A stretch of 64,000 bases of DNA from assembly GCA_963696385.1 (NCBI GenBank), contig CAVOKF010000008.1, positions 672,001 to 736,000 of the forward strand, written 5' to 3'. Each line of letters begins with the position of its first letter. Position 1 is the first letter of the stretch. The notes below the pieces were generated by a model, which saw only the letters and a list, made by a program, of their open reading frames with translations, made no database searches and was not told the DNA's origin. The position numbers were made by a program, and so were the translations under genes. This stretch comes from an uncultured delta proteobacterium. GTDB lineage: Bacteria; Myxococcota_A; Polyangia; Polyangiales; Polyangiaceae. Below are positions 43,762-52,822 of the stretch, piece by piece.

Positions 43762-44544
43762 GTGCTGGATCTGGTCGGCTGCGGAGGCGGCCTGCCCTTG
43801 CTTCATCCGGCGCGGACCCTGCCGTCCGGCGAAGTGCGCGCCGCCGCGGGATTCAGCGAAAACGTCGCGATCGGCAGCTTCTCGCGCGGATTGAACGACG
43901 CCGTCAGCGAGGCGGCCGCGAATCCGGGCGGCCCGCCCGCCACGGATGCGACGTTCGCCAAGGGCGCACTCGTCGCCGCGTCCGTCGCCCCGGGCCTCAG
44001 CCCGTTCGGCGCCGCCCGGGTGGGACTCGGCGCTCAGTTCGAAGCCGGCCTCGCCTACACGGGCCGGGCTCTCCGCGCGGACGTGCGTCGCTCGTTCGAC
44101 CTGTCGCCCGGCGTGTCGATCGGGGTGGGTGTCGGGGGCTCGGCGGCTCTCTACGGCCAGCAGGGCGCGCGCCCCCTTCCAAACGTCGACTTGAGCACGA
44201 TGTTCGGCTGGGGCGCCGACGTGCCGGTCCTGGTCGGCTACGAGAGCGCCGGCGGGCTGTACATGGCTTGGGCGGGCGCGCGCGCCGGATGGGAGCACGT
44301 CGACATCGGCCCGCTGCCGACCGAGCCGGGCAACCCCACGATCGGCGCCGCTCCCGCCTCGCTTTCGGCAACGCGGCTCTGGGGCGGCGGCGTAGCCGGC
44401 TTGGCGGTCGGATTCCGTCACCTTCACGCCGCGGCGGAGCTCGACGTGAGCTACGCCCGGATCACGGGCGAGTACAACCAAGTCCAAGCCAGTATCGACG
44501 GCTTGACGGTGGCGCCCTCGGCGGCCCTCTGGTGGAACTTCTGA
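43762..44544 (+). CDS. Hypothetical lipoprotein, beta-barrel-like C-terminus
   Basis: Lipobox LVG-C; alternating beta-strand patterns; ends in aromatic WWNF; start uncertain. Confidence 0.6.
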   Translation: MLDLVGCGGGLPLLHPARTLPSGEVRAAAGFSENVAIGSFSRGLNDAVSEAAANPGGPPATDATFAKGALVAASVAPGLSPFGAARVGLGAQFEAGLAYTGRALRADVRRSFDLSPGVSIGVGVGGSAALYGQQGARPLPNVDLSTMFGWGADVPVLVGYESAGGLYMAWAGARAGWEHVDIGPLPTEPGNPTIGAAPASLSATRLWGGGVAGLAVGFRHLHAAAELDVSYARITGEYNQVQASIDGLTVAPSAALWWNF

Positions 44545-44551
44545 GGAAGAA

Positions 44552-44588
44552 GGGCCGTGCCCCCGACCGGGTAACGGGGCGACGGCCC
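44552..44588. terminator. Stem-loop after the 44544 stop
   Basis: GGGCCGT-GCCCC...GGGGC-g-ACGGCCC; no U-tract. Confidence 0.35.
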
Positions 44589-44709
44589 GCGCCGATGAGG
44601 CGAGGCGGGGCATGGGGCGCTCGACCGCCACCTTGGGGCGAGACGGCTTGTCTCACCTCGCGAATGCGCGGCGGCGGGCGCCTCGATCGAGTAAAGACCA
44701 ACCCGGAGC

Positions 44710-45123
44710 GTGTCTGACCCTGCTATGGCCACCGGCAACGCCCCCACGCCAAGGATCACGATTCTCCTCGTCGACGACTTCGACGACAGTCGGCAAATGT
44801 ACGCCGAGTTTTTGACCTCCTCTGGCTTCGACGTCCTGGAAGCCGCCGACGGCGTCGGCGCGATCGCGAAGGCCCTCGAGCACCGGCCGAGCGTCGTCGT
44901 GATGGACCTGTCGCTGCCGGTACTCGACGGGCGAGAGGCCACGCGCCGGCTCAAAGCCGACCCGCGCACGAGTCACATTCCGATCATCGCTCTCACGGGT
45001 TACACGCTGACGAGCGGCTCGCACGGTGCCCTCGAAACCGGCTGCGACAGGTTGTTGACAAAGCCCTGCTTGCCCGACGATCTGCTCGCCACGGTCAACG
45101 AGATCTTGGCCCGCGCGACATGA
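44710..45123 (+). CDS. Single-domain response regulator (CheY/DivK-like)
   Basis: ILLVDD, VMDLSLPVLDG, IPIIALTG, LTKP. Confidence 0.9.
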   Translation: MSDPAMATGNAPTPRITILLVDDFDDSRQMYAEFLTSSGFDVLEAADGVGAIAKALEHRPSVVVMDLSLPVLDGREATRRLKADPRTSHIPIIALTGYTLTSGSHGALETGCDRLLTKPCLPDDLLATVNEILARAT

Positions 45124-46127
45124 TTCGCGTGCGCTCGTTGCGCAAGCACTACGCCGTACACGAGCGGGCACCGGGAATGGCCGCCGCATTTCGATCGATT
45201 TTCCACCGCACCAAAACCACCGTCACGGCGGTCGACGGAATCGACTTCGATATCGCGGCCGGCACGCGCGTGGGCTTCCTCGGGCCCAACGGAGCGGGCA
45301 AGACGACCACGCTCAAGGTGCTCGCAGGACTGTTGCACCCGACGAGCGGCGAGGTCACGGTCGACGGCTTCGAGCCGCGCCGCCGCCAGGATGCGTTTTT
45401 GCAGCGAATCATGCTGGTGCTCGGGCAAAAGCAGCAGCTGCTCTGGGACCTTCCACCGAGCGAAACGTTCGAGCTCAATCGCGCGGTGTACGAAGTGCCC
45501 CGAGAGCAGTACGTGGCCACGCTGCGCGAACTGACCGATCTGCTCGATCTCGGCGACCTGGTACGAAAGCCCACCCGGACGCTGTCTCTCGGCGAGCGCA
45601 TGAAGTGCGAGCTTGCCGCGGCGCTCATCCATCGGCCGAAATTGCTTTTTCTCGACGAGCCGACCATCGGCCTCGACGTGTCGATGCAAGCGACCGTGCG
45701 CGATTTCGTCAAGCGGTACAACGAACGAAACGGCGCGACACTGATCCTGACCAGCCATTACATGGAGGACGTGGCGCAGCTGTGCCCGCGCGTGATCGTC
45801 ATCGACCGGGGCAAGCTCGTCTACGATGGATCGCTCGAAGCGCTCGTGACCAAGACGCGTCCCGACAAGCGGGTCATCTTTCGCTTCTCGCGGCCGGTCG
45901 ACGAGCGCGATCTCGCCGCTCTCGGGCACGTCGTTCAGCACGACGCAGGCCAGAGTACGTTGCAGATCCATAAGGACGCCGTCAACGCCGTCGTCGGACG
46001 CGCCCTTGCAGAGCTGCCGATCAGCGATCTCACGGTCGAAAATCCGCCGCTCGAAGAGGTGATGAGTGAACTCTTCGCCCAGGGCCGACTGCGCGAAGCG
46101 GGGCGGCCGGACAGGTCCCCCGCATGA
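45120..46127 (+). CDS. ABC transporter ATP-binding protein
   Basis: GPNGAGKTT, LSLGERMK, LFLDEPTIGLD, TSHYM. Confidence 0.93.
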   Translation: MIRVRSLRKHYAVHERAPGMAAAFRSIFHRTKTTVTAVDGIDFDIAAGTRVGFLGPNGAGKTTTLKVLAGLLHPTSGEVTVDGFEPRRRQDAFLQRIMLVLGQKQQLLWDLPPSETFELNRAVYEVPREQYVATLRELTDLLDLGDLVRKPTRTLSLGERMKCELAAALIHRPKLLFLDEPTIGLDVSMQATVRDFVKRYNERNGATLILTSHYMEDVAQLCPRVIVIDRGKLVYDGSLEALVTKTRPDKRVIFRFSRPVDERDLAALGHVVQHDAGQSTLQIHKDAVNAVVGRALAELPISDLTVENPPLEEVMSELFAQGRLREAGRPDRSPA

Positions 46128-46927
46128 GCTTGCGAACGACGATGCGCGCGCTTCCGACGCTCTTGCGCGTGGGGTTCGCCGACGCCGTGGCCTACCGCGC
46201 CGAGATGTTGGTCTGGGTGCTGTCGACGACGATGCCCCTCGTGATGCTCGCCCTGTGGACGACGGTCGCCCGGGATGCTCCGGTCGGTCGCTACGGCGAG
46301 CCGCAATTCGTGGCCTATTTCCTGGCGACGTTCATCGTCCGGCAGCTCACTGGATGCTGGGTGTTCTGGGAGATGACCTTCGCCATCCGCAACGGTACCC
46401 TCGCCTTGCGGCTGCTGCGCCCCATCGACCCCCTTTGGGCGTACGGCGCCGAAGCCCTCGCGTCCATGCCGATGCGTCTCATCGTGTCGATTCCCGTCGC
46501 AGCCGTCGCGCTCGAGGTGCTCGGATCCCGGGGCATCACGCGCGATCCCGCGCTGTGGGCCTGCTGGGTGGGCGCGATCACGGGCGCCTGGCTCATGACG
46601 CTTCTGGTCAACTTCATCGTCGGGTGCGCGGCGTTTTTCATCGAGAGCAGTTTGAAGCTCATGGATCTCTGGCTGGTCTTCTTCTTCGCATTCAGCGGCT
46701 ACCTCATTCCCGTCGACCTCTTTCCTCACGGATTGCGCGTCGTCGCCGACTGGCTTCCGTTCCGGTTCCAGATCGGGTTCCCGGTCGAACTGATGACCGG
46801 CGCGCACGGTCGGGGTGACGCACTCCGGCTTCTAGGCTGCCAATGGGTCTGGATCTCGTCGCTCTTCGGTGTGACGGTCTTGACCTGGCGCCTCGGGTTG
46901 AAGCGTTTCGCCGCGTACGGCGGGTAG
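46124..46927 (+). CDS. ABC-2 type permease (DUF990-like)
   Basis: AYRAE, IRNGTL..RLLRP, FSGYLIPVDLFP, AYGG end; ATGA-coupled. Confidence 0.88.
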   Translation: MSLRTTMRALPTLLRVGFADAVAYRAEMLVWVLSTTMPLVMLALWTTVARDAPVGRYGEPQFVAYFLATFIVRQLTGCWVFWEMTFAIRNGTLALRLLRPIDPLWAYGAEALASMPMRLIVSIPVAAVALEVLGSRGITRDPALWACWVGAITGAWLMTLLVNFIVGCAAFFIESSLKLMDLWLVFFFAFSGYLIPVDLFPHGLRVVADWLPFRFQIGFPVELMTGAHGRGDALRLLGCQWVWISSLFGVTVLTWRLGLKRFAAYGG

Positions 46928-46930
46928 CCG

Positions 46931-47716
46931 GTGCGCTACCTGCGGTTGCTCGGAATGCAGTTTCGCGCGTCGCTGTTGCTCGGGCTGCAGTATCGGGCCG
47001 ATTTTGTACTCGACGGCTTCGTCGAGATCTTCTGGATGGCTACGGCGCTCTTGCCGCTGGTGATCGTGTTTCGCGTCCGGCAGACGGTGGCCGGGTGGAG
47101 CTTCGGCGAAGCGCTGATGGTGACCGGCTGGTTTACGTTCCTCGAGGGAGTCCTCGAAGGCGCGATCAATCCAAGCCTGGCGAGCGTGGTGGATCACATT
47201 CGCAAAGGGACACTCGACTTCGTCCTGCTCAAACCAGCCGACGCTCAGTTTCTCGTGTCGACCGCGCGCTTCCAACCGTGGCGCGGCCTGAACGTCGGCA
47301 CGGCCGTGGTCATTTTCGTTTGGGGCTTTCGACGGCTGGGGCACGGTCCCTCGGTCGGCGCGGTCGGGCTGGCGTGCGTGATGATGGTCGCCGCCGTGAC
47401 GGTGCTTTATTCGTTGTGGATCCTCACGGTCAGCGCCGCGTTCTACGTCGTGCGGGTCGACAACTTGACCCACCTGTTTAGCGCCATTTTCGACGCGGCA
47501 CGCTGGCCGGTCGGCATGTTCCGGGGGGTCGTGCGCTGGGTGTTCACGTTCGTCGTGCCCCTGGCCTTGATGACGACCTATCCCGCCGAGGCGCTGCTGG
47601 GCACACTGCCGCTGCGCACCGTCGCCGGGGCTCTGGCCGGCGCCTTCGCGGCCTTCGCGATTTCTCGCACCGTGTGGAATGCGTCCATCGCCCGATACAC
47701 GAGCGCGGGCGGTTAG
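46931..47716 (+). CDS. ABC-2 type permease (DUF990-like)
   Basis: QYRADF, GWS, IRKGTLDFVLLKP, RWP, YTSAGG end. Confidence 0.88.
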   Translation: MRYLRLLGMQFRASLLLGLQYRADFVLDGFVEIFWMATALLPLVIVFRVRQTVAGWSFGEALMVTGWFTFLEGVLEGAINPSLASVVDHIRKGTLDFVLLKPADAQFLVSTARFQPWRGLNVGTAVVIFVWGFRRLGHGPSVGAVGLACVMMVAAVTVLYSLWILTVSAAFYVVRVDNLTHLFSAIFDAARWPVGMFRGVVRWVFTFVVPLALMTTYPAEALLGTLPLRTVAGALAGAFAAFAISRTVWNASIARYTSAGG

Positions 47717-47743
47717 GGCTTCCCGAGCACGCCGAACGGCCCC

Positions 47744-48577
47744 ATGCTGCGACCCGTGACGACGCCGACCTACGAACTCTACTACTGGCCCGGCATCCAA
47801 GGTCGCGGCGAGTTCGTCCGTCTTGCGCTCGAGGAGGCCGGCGCGGCCTACGTGGACGTCGCTCGGACGCCGGGCGGAATGCATACGATGATGCGTTTGC
47901 TCGACGGGGAAGCCGAGGGGCTTCTGCCGTTCGCGCCGCCGTTCCTGAGGCACGGCGATCTCATCGTCGCTCAGACCGCCAACGTGCTCGCGTACCTGGG
48001 GCCGCGTCTCGGTCTCGTCCCGGATGACGAGTCGCTTCGCGTCGAGGCGTTGCAGATCCAACTGACGCTCGCCGATCTCGTGGCGGAAGTGCACGAGACG
48101 CACCACCCGCTGTCCGGCGGTCTCTATTACGAGGACCAGAAGTCCGCTGCCAAAGCGCGCAGCGCGGCATTCGTGCGCGAGCGGGTTCCGAAGTTTCTCG
48201 GTTGGCTGGAGCGCCTGCTCGATCGGGCCGGCGGCGAATATCTGGTCGGTCGGCGGCTGACGTACGTCGATCTGTCCGCCTTCCAGATCGTCGCGGGCCT
48301 GTCCTACGCGTTCCCGAACGCGATGGCACGAATGAAGCGGCGTATCCCGAAGCTACTGGCGTTACGCGACCGCGTGGCGGGCCGTACGAGAGTCGCCGAG
48401 TACCTCGCGTCCGAGCGGCGCCTTCCCTTCAACGAGTCGGGCATCTTCCGGCACTACCCCGAGCTCGACGTCGTCGAACCCCGCCCGCGCGCACCCGAGC
48501 CGCCCGCCATCAAGCCGGGCCCGAGGCGACGACGGGCGACCGCGCCTGCCAAGAGCCGCTCGCCGCGCGCGAAATGA
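47744..48577 (+). CDS. Glutathione S-transferase
   Basis: YELYYWPGIQGRGEFVRL, FAPPFL, AQTANVL, TYVDLS, FRHYPELD. Confidence 0.9.
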   Translation: MLRPVTTPTYELYYWPGIQGRGEFVRLALEEAGAAYVDVARTPGGMHTMMRLLDGEAEGLLPFAPPFLRHGDLIVAQTANVLAYLGPRLGLVPDDESLRVEALQIQLTLADLVAEVHETHHPLSGGLYYEDQKSAAKARSAAFVRERVPKFLGWLERLLDRAGGEYLVGRRLTYVDLSAFQIVAGLSYAFPNAMARMKRRIPKLLALRDRVAGRTRVAEYLASERRLPFNESGIFRHYPELDVVEPRPRAPEPPAIKPGPRRRRATAPAKSRSPRAK

Positions 48578-49362
48578 GGCCGAATCGCGACCGACGGAGG
48601 GATCCGGCGCCGGCAAAGGCGACCGGCACGCCACCGACGGAAGTCATTCAGGGGCTGCGCGCCGGCCTCGCGGTCTTTGCGCACCGGCCGGACGACATCG
48701 TTCGCGTGCTGCACGCACGCACCCCGATCCCGGAGATCGCCCAGCTGGTGCGCTGGGCCGAATCGCGGCGGGTGCCCTGCCTGGCCGCGAGCGATCCCGA
48801 TCTCGATCGATGGGCGACGTCGGCGCACCACGAGGGCCTGTGCATCGTGGCGCGGGCGCGCCGCTGGGCGCCGATCCTGGAGCTCGGCGAAGGGCTCGTC
48901 CGATCCAAGGCCACGGCGGTCGCACTCGATCGCGTGCGCAACCCGTACAACGTGGGGGCCATCCTTCGAAGCGCAGCGTTCTTCGGAGTGGACGGGGTCC
49001 TGCTCGGCGCGCCCTCTCCGGTCCCCGGTCTCGACGCCACGGCGGTGCGGGTCGCCGAAGGGGCGGCGGAAGTCCTGAAGCTGAGCCGAACGACGGACCT
49101 CGCCGACTCGCTCGGTCGGCTCCGCTCGCGCGGTGTGCACGTGTTCGGAGCGGACGCTCGTGCAACGGCCGACGCCCTGCGGTTCACGTTCGCCAAGCCG
49201 GCTGTTCTGGTCGTCGGCCACGAGCGCGAGGGCTTGGGTGCCCGCGTGCGTGCCCAGTGCGATGCACTCGTCGCGATCGACGGCAGCGGGCGCATGGAAT
49301 CGCTCAACGTGGCCGTGGCGGCAGGCATTCTCATTGCGGCGATCACCCGGGCAGCCGGTTAG
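48574..49362 (+). CDS. TrmH/SpoU family RNA 2'-O-methyltransferase
   Basis: NPYNVGAILRSA, VVGHEREG, ESLNVAVAAGI; ATGA-coupled. Confidence 0.9.
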   Translation: MRPNRDRRRDPAPAKATGTPPTEVIQGLRAGLAVFAHRPDDIVRVLHARTPIPEIAQLVRWAESRRVPCLAASDPDLDRWATSAHHEGLCIVARARRWAPILELGEGLVRSKATAVALDRVRNPYNVGAILRSAAFFGVDGVLLGAPSPVPGLDATAVRVAEGAAEVLKLSRTTDLADSLGRLRSRGVHVFGADARATADALRFTFAKPAVLVVGHEREGLGARVRAQCDALVAIDGSGRMESLNVAVAAGILIAAITRAAG

Positions 49363-49382
49363 CCGGTCTCCCGAGCGCCCTT

Positions 49383-49477
49383 CGACCCCGACCTCGACCT
49401 CGACCCCTCGACCTCGACAACCTCGACCCCGACCCCGACCTGACCCCGACCTCGACCCCGATCCTCGACCTCGACCT
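49383..49477. repeat. CGACCY hexamer tract (reverse complement of the GTCG tracts)
   Basis: cgaccc cgacct cgacct cgaccc ... cgacct cgacct with small indels. Confidence 0.85.
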
Positions 49478-49604
49478 TTCGAATTGCGCCTCCATTGGAA
49501 ACACTCTCGTCTCATTGTATTAACAGTGGAACTCACGGCTCCCATGGGCCGAGGTACGGTCGCTCCGTACTTGCAATCGGGTCTTCTGAAGGAGAATGTG
49601 GCCC

Positions 49605-49781
49605 ATGTCGACGCGCCGAACGCGACCGCCGCGCACCCGCAAGTCCCGGAGCCGTGAGTCCGAAGCACCCGCCGCGGCCGCGGCGAGCCTTCCGGCGTCC
49701 ATCCCCGCGCCCGCCGAACCGGTCGAGCCCCGAACCACCGAGAGCGATGATCTCGCGGCCCTCGATGCCGGGTGGGACTGA
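49605..49781 (+). CDS. Small hypothetical protein (58 aa), basic N-terminus and acidic DAGWD C-terminus
   Basis: AAGGAG SD upstream; candidate promoter TTGGAA-N17-TATTAA at 49495-49523; fills an otherwise empty gap. Confidence 0.5.
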   Translation: MSTRRTRPPRTRKSRSRESEAPAAAAASLPASIPAPAEPVEPRTTESDDLAALDAGWD

Positions 49782-49896
49782 TCTTTCGCGAGTCTCCGAG
49801 CCGGGTTCGCTCGGCAATGCTCGTTCGACAGCGGTCGCGAGCGAGTTCCCGAGACCCGCCGCCCGCATCGCGACGATGCGCTCCGTCCGGAAGGAC

Positions 49897-51003
49897 TCAA
49901 AGACCCGCGGTCGAGATCGGTCCGGTGTACACGGCCTCGAAGTCGCTTCCATAGACCTGAGCGAACGCGCTGCTGATGGCATCCATGAGCGGGCTCCAGC
50001 CGTCGTTGCTGTCGCCTGTGACGTACCAGTCGCTGCCGTTGTCGGCGACCATGAGGCCGTATTGCTTCATGGCCGTGAGGATCACCAGGGCCGGCCCCGA
50101 GAAGCTCGACAGGTCGAAGCTCGCCTTCAGACGGACGCGCAACCCCATAGGGGGTAACGTTAGGTCGCTGCTGCCGGCCGCGTGCGTCGCAGGGTGGATG
50201 TAGCCTTGCTGCGAGCTCGCGACGGTAAAGCGCAGGGCGTGCTCGATGCTCCCCGCCTCGACTTCCGACAAGCGCACGAGTCCGGGCAAAACGGCTAGGC
50301 CGGCGGCATCGGCCGAGGTCCATCCGTCCGGGCGCAAGGCGTCCGAGTCGAGCATGAACTTGGCGCCCGATCCGCAGCTCCAGCCCGGGCCGACGTACGT
50401 GCTGTTCCAGGCCTCGTAGAGCGTGCAGGTGCCGACCTCCAGAACGAGAACGTGCATGTCGCCGCCGGATCCCGCTCCTCCCTCGACGAGGGCGGTCGGC
50501 GGGAACGGATACGGGCCCGGATCGCTTTGATCGGCATACTGAAACGTCATGGGCACCGCGGCTTGCGTCGCAGGCACGGTCTGCCACGGAATGCCGTAGT
50601 GGTCGGTCGACCAGTCTCCCCAATCGGCGTGGATATGGGTGTTGAGGCCGATGGCGGCGATGTACGTCGCGGAGTTCGGGTGGACGGGATACGCCGAAGC
50701 ATCGTCGATACGCGTGTTCCACGCGTTGTCCGCTGGGAAGATCGCGCAGCCTCCGATCGTCGGACCGGCGACGCTGCCGCCCTCGCTCTCGCCCGGGACG
50801 GACGCTTCGGGGCCGCCGCCGTTCGATGCGCTGCCGCTTGCCGACGACGGGGTCTCGGTGCTCGACCCGCCGCTGTCGCCCCCATCGGGCCCGGCTTTCC
50901 GTGGACCCCCCGCACGATCCGCTTCGCTTGGTGGGCTGCCGCCGCACGCGCCCGCGAACAGGCCCGCTCCGAAGCACCAAGACGCCGCCGCCATCCATCT
51001 CAT
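49897..51003 (-). CDS. Conserved-looking hypothetical lipoprotein
   Basis: Lipobox AGA-C; linker; domain IFPADNAWNTRID..YGIP..SDPGPYPFP..GDMH..WTSADAAGL..HALRFT..YGLMVADNG. Confidence 0.75.
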   Translation of the reverse strand: MRWMAAASWCFGAGLFAGACGGSPPSEADRAGGPRKAGPDGGDSGGSSTETPSSASGSASNGGGPEASVPGESEGGSVAGPTIGGCAIFPADNAWNTRIDDASAYPVHPNSATYIAAIGLNTHIHADWGDWSTDHYGIPWQTVPATQAAVPMTFQYADQSDPGPYPFPPTALVEGGAGSGGDMHVLVLEVGTCTLYEAWNSTYVGPGWSCGSGAKFMLDSDALRPDGWTSADAAGLAVLPGLVRLSEVEAGSIEHALRFTVASSQQGYIHPATHAAGSSDLTLPPMGLRVRLKASFDLSSFSGPALVILTAMKQYGLMVADNGSDWYVTGDSNDGWSPLMDAISSAFAQVYGSDFEAVYTGPISTAGL

Positions 51004-51152
51004 GGACACCCTCTATCGACCGCACGACAAGCGACTCGGGCGGGAAATCCCCCTTCGAAGGGTACGGCCGAATCGAATCGATCGAAGAGCGAACGGGGCG
51101 ATCGGGCCCTCATTCGGCGGGGTCATGTGCGGCTATGGCGAACCTGAGCGCT

Positions 51153-52742
51153 TCACGGACCACGCACGACGACACATGCGGTGATCCCGCCGATTCCCAG
51201 CATCAACTTCACGCCCACCGCGCCGCTCAACGCACCGCCGTCGTTCGTGACGATGGCGGCGGGTGACCGCACGCGCTCGTGCAGCGCCTCGGCGCGGATG
51301 CCGGTCGGCAGCGCGGCCTTTCGCGCGAGTCCCATCAGAAGGGCGGTCAACTCCCAGCCGCCCGAGTTGGCCATGCCATGACCGAGCTGGCCCTTGCGGG
51401 CCGTGATTCGCGTTCGCTCGCCGATGAACTCCTCGATGAGCGCCAGCTCGTTCAAATCGCCGGGAGTGCCCGTAGCGTGCAGATCGATGAGCGCCACGTC
51501 ACTGGGACCGATGTTCGCTTCCCGGTACGCCCGCGCAATGGCGCGCTTGGGGCCGGTCTTCGAGGGCGTAATGATGTGCTCCGCGTCGGAGGCCAAGGCG
51601 ACGGCCTCCAGCCAGCCACCGAGCGGTCGCAAGCCGCGCTCGGCGCAAAAGGCGGAGTCGCCGAGAATCCATACGCACGCTCCGCCCGACACGTGCGTGC
51701 CTCGGAGCGAGGTGAATGGCATGTTCACCTCGCCGATTCCCGGCATCACGCGCGCATCGTGAAAGGCCCCGACGAGAGTGGGATCGGGGCGCGGATCGGT
51801 CGTGCCGACGATCGCGAACTTCGCATCGCCGCGGACGATGGCCTCGCGCCCGCACTTGAGCGCCACGCCAAAAGTCGAGCAGGCACCGACCGGCGCCCAC
51901 GCTTCTCCGTGGATGTCGAGCAGCATCGTGACCTGGGCGGCGGGCGCGTTCTGGATATTCCAGATGAGATTCGCGCTGACGGCCGTCCAGGGCGGCGGCG
52001 GGCACCCGACCTCCTCGACCAGCGCTCGATGCGCGCGCAGCCGCTTTCGGATCGCGTTGAGGTGCGCATTTTCTTGGTCCTCGTCGTCGGCAGCGAGCCT
52101 TTCGACCGCTGCAAACCGCTCCAAGAAGCCCCGAAGCGCCTCCGACCGGCTCGCCCAATACGAGTCGAATGCGTCAAGCGCATCCCATCGTTGTTGGCTG
52201 TCGATCGGAAACGACGCGGGATCCGCCGGAGGGGCCGCGCCGGCCGTGGCGCCGCCGGCCTCGAAATGACGGCGCGCGTCGCACCGCGCGGGTTGAGCCC
52301 AGAAGTGGTTCCAGGCCCGCTTCGAGCGATCGAGAGCGGTCGCGGCGCGATAGGTTTCCGCCAGATCGCCGACGCCCGACCCGATGAAGACGACGCACCG
52401 TTCGTCGGCTTCGCGGACCAGTCCCTCGAGCCTCGCATCGCTCTGAAGGGCCTGGATCGTCGCGCCCACGGCAAACTGGACGTTGTCGCCCATTTTGGAC
52501 CGCATCCGTGCGACGTACGAGTCTCCGCGACGTTCGCCGATCCACGGGGCGTAGTCGTCGAACGCGAAATCGGGATCGCCCACGGCGAACAAACCGGGAC
52601 CGAGCTCCAGCCGGTCGCTGGGCGACAGGGCCGATTGGCCCTTGGACAGCAGCTGCTCGAGAGCCACGACGTTTCGAGCACCCGGCGCGACGACGCCCCA
52701 CCCGTAGATGCCCACGCGCCGCGGGTTCGGAGACGGTTGCAT
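51153..52742 (-). CDS. Stand-alone beta-ketoacyl synthase (FabF/KAS-like) with large insertion
   Basis: GACST (Cys), SDAEHIITP, DLHATGTPGD (His), KGQLGHG (His), LGIGG; about 110-aa insert after GSGVG. Confidence 0.85.
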   Translation of the reverse strand: MQPSPNPRRVGIYGWGVVAPGARNVVALEQLLSKGQSALSPSDRLELGPGLFAVGDPDFAFDDYAPWIGERRGDSYVARMRSKMGDNVQFAVGATIQALQSDARLEGLVREADERCVVFIGSGVGDLAETYRAATALDRSKRAWNHFWAQPARCDARRHFEAGGATAGAAPPADPASFPIDSQQRWDALDAFDSYWASRSEALRGFLERFAAVERLAADDEDQENAHLNAIRKRLRAHRALVEEVGCPPPPWTAVSANLIWNIQNAPAAQVTMLLDIHGEAWAPVGACSTFGVALKCGREAIVRGDAKFAIVGTTDPRPDPTLVGAFHDARVMPGIGEVNMPFTSLRGTHVSGGACVWILGDSAFCAERGLRPLGGWLEAVALASDAEHIITPSKTGPKRAIARAYREANIGPSDVALIDLHATGTPGDLNELALIEEFIGERTRITARKGQLGHGMANSGGWELTALLMGLARKAALPTGIRAEALHERVRSPAAIVTNDGGALSGAVGVKLMLGIGGITACVVVRGP

Positions 52743-52822
52743 GGCAGCTCGAAGAACCTACTGCCACTCCAACAAGCAGGAAAGATGCAGGTGCACGGCG
52801 GGGGGTGCCGCCCCGATCCGGC

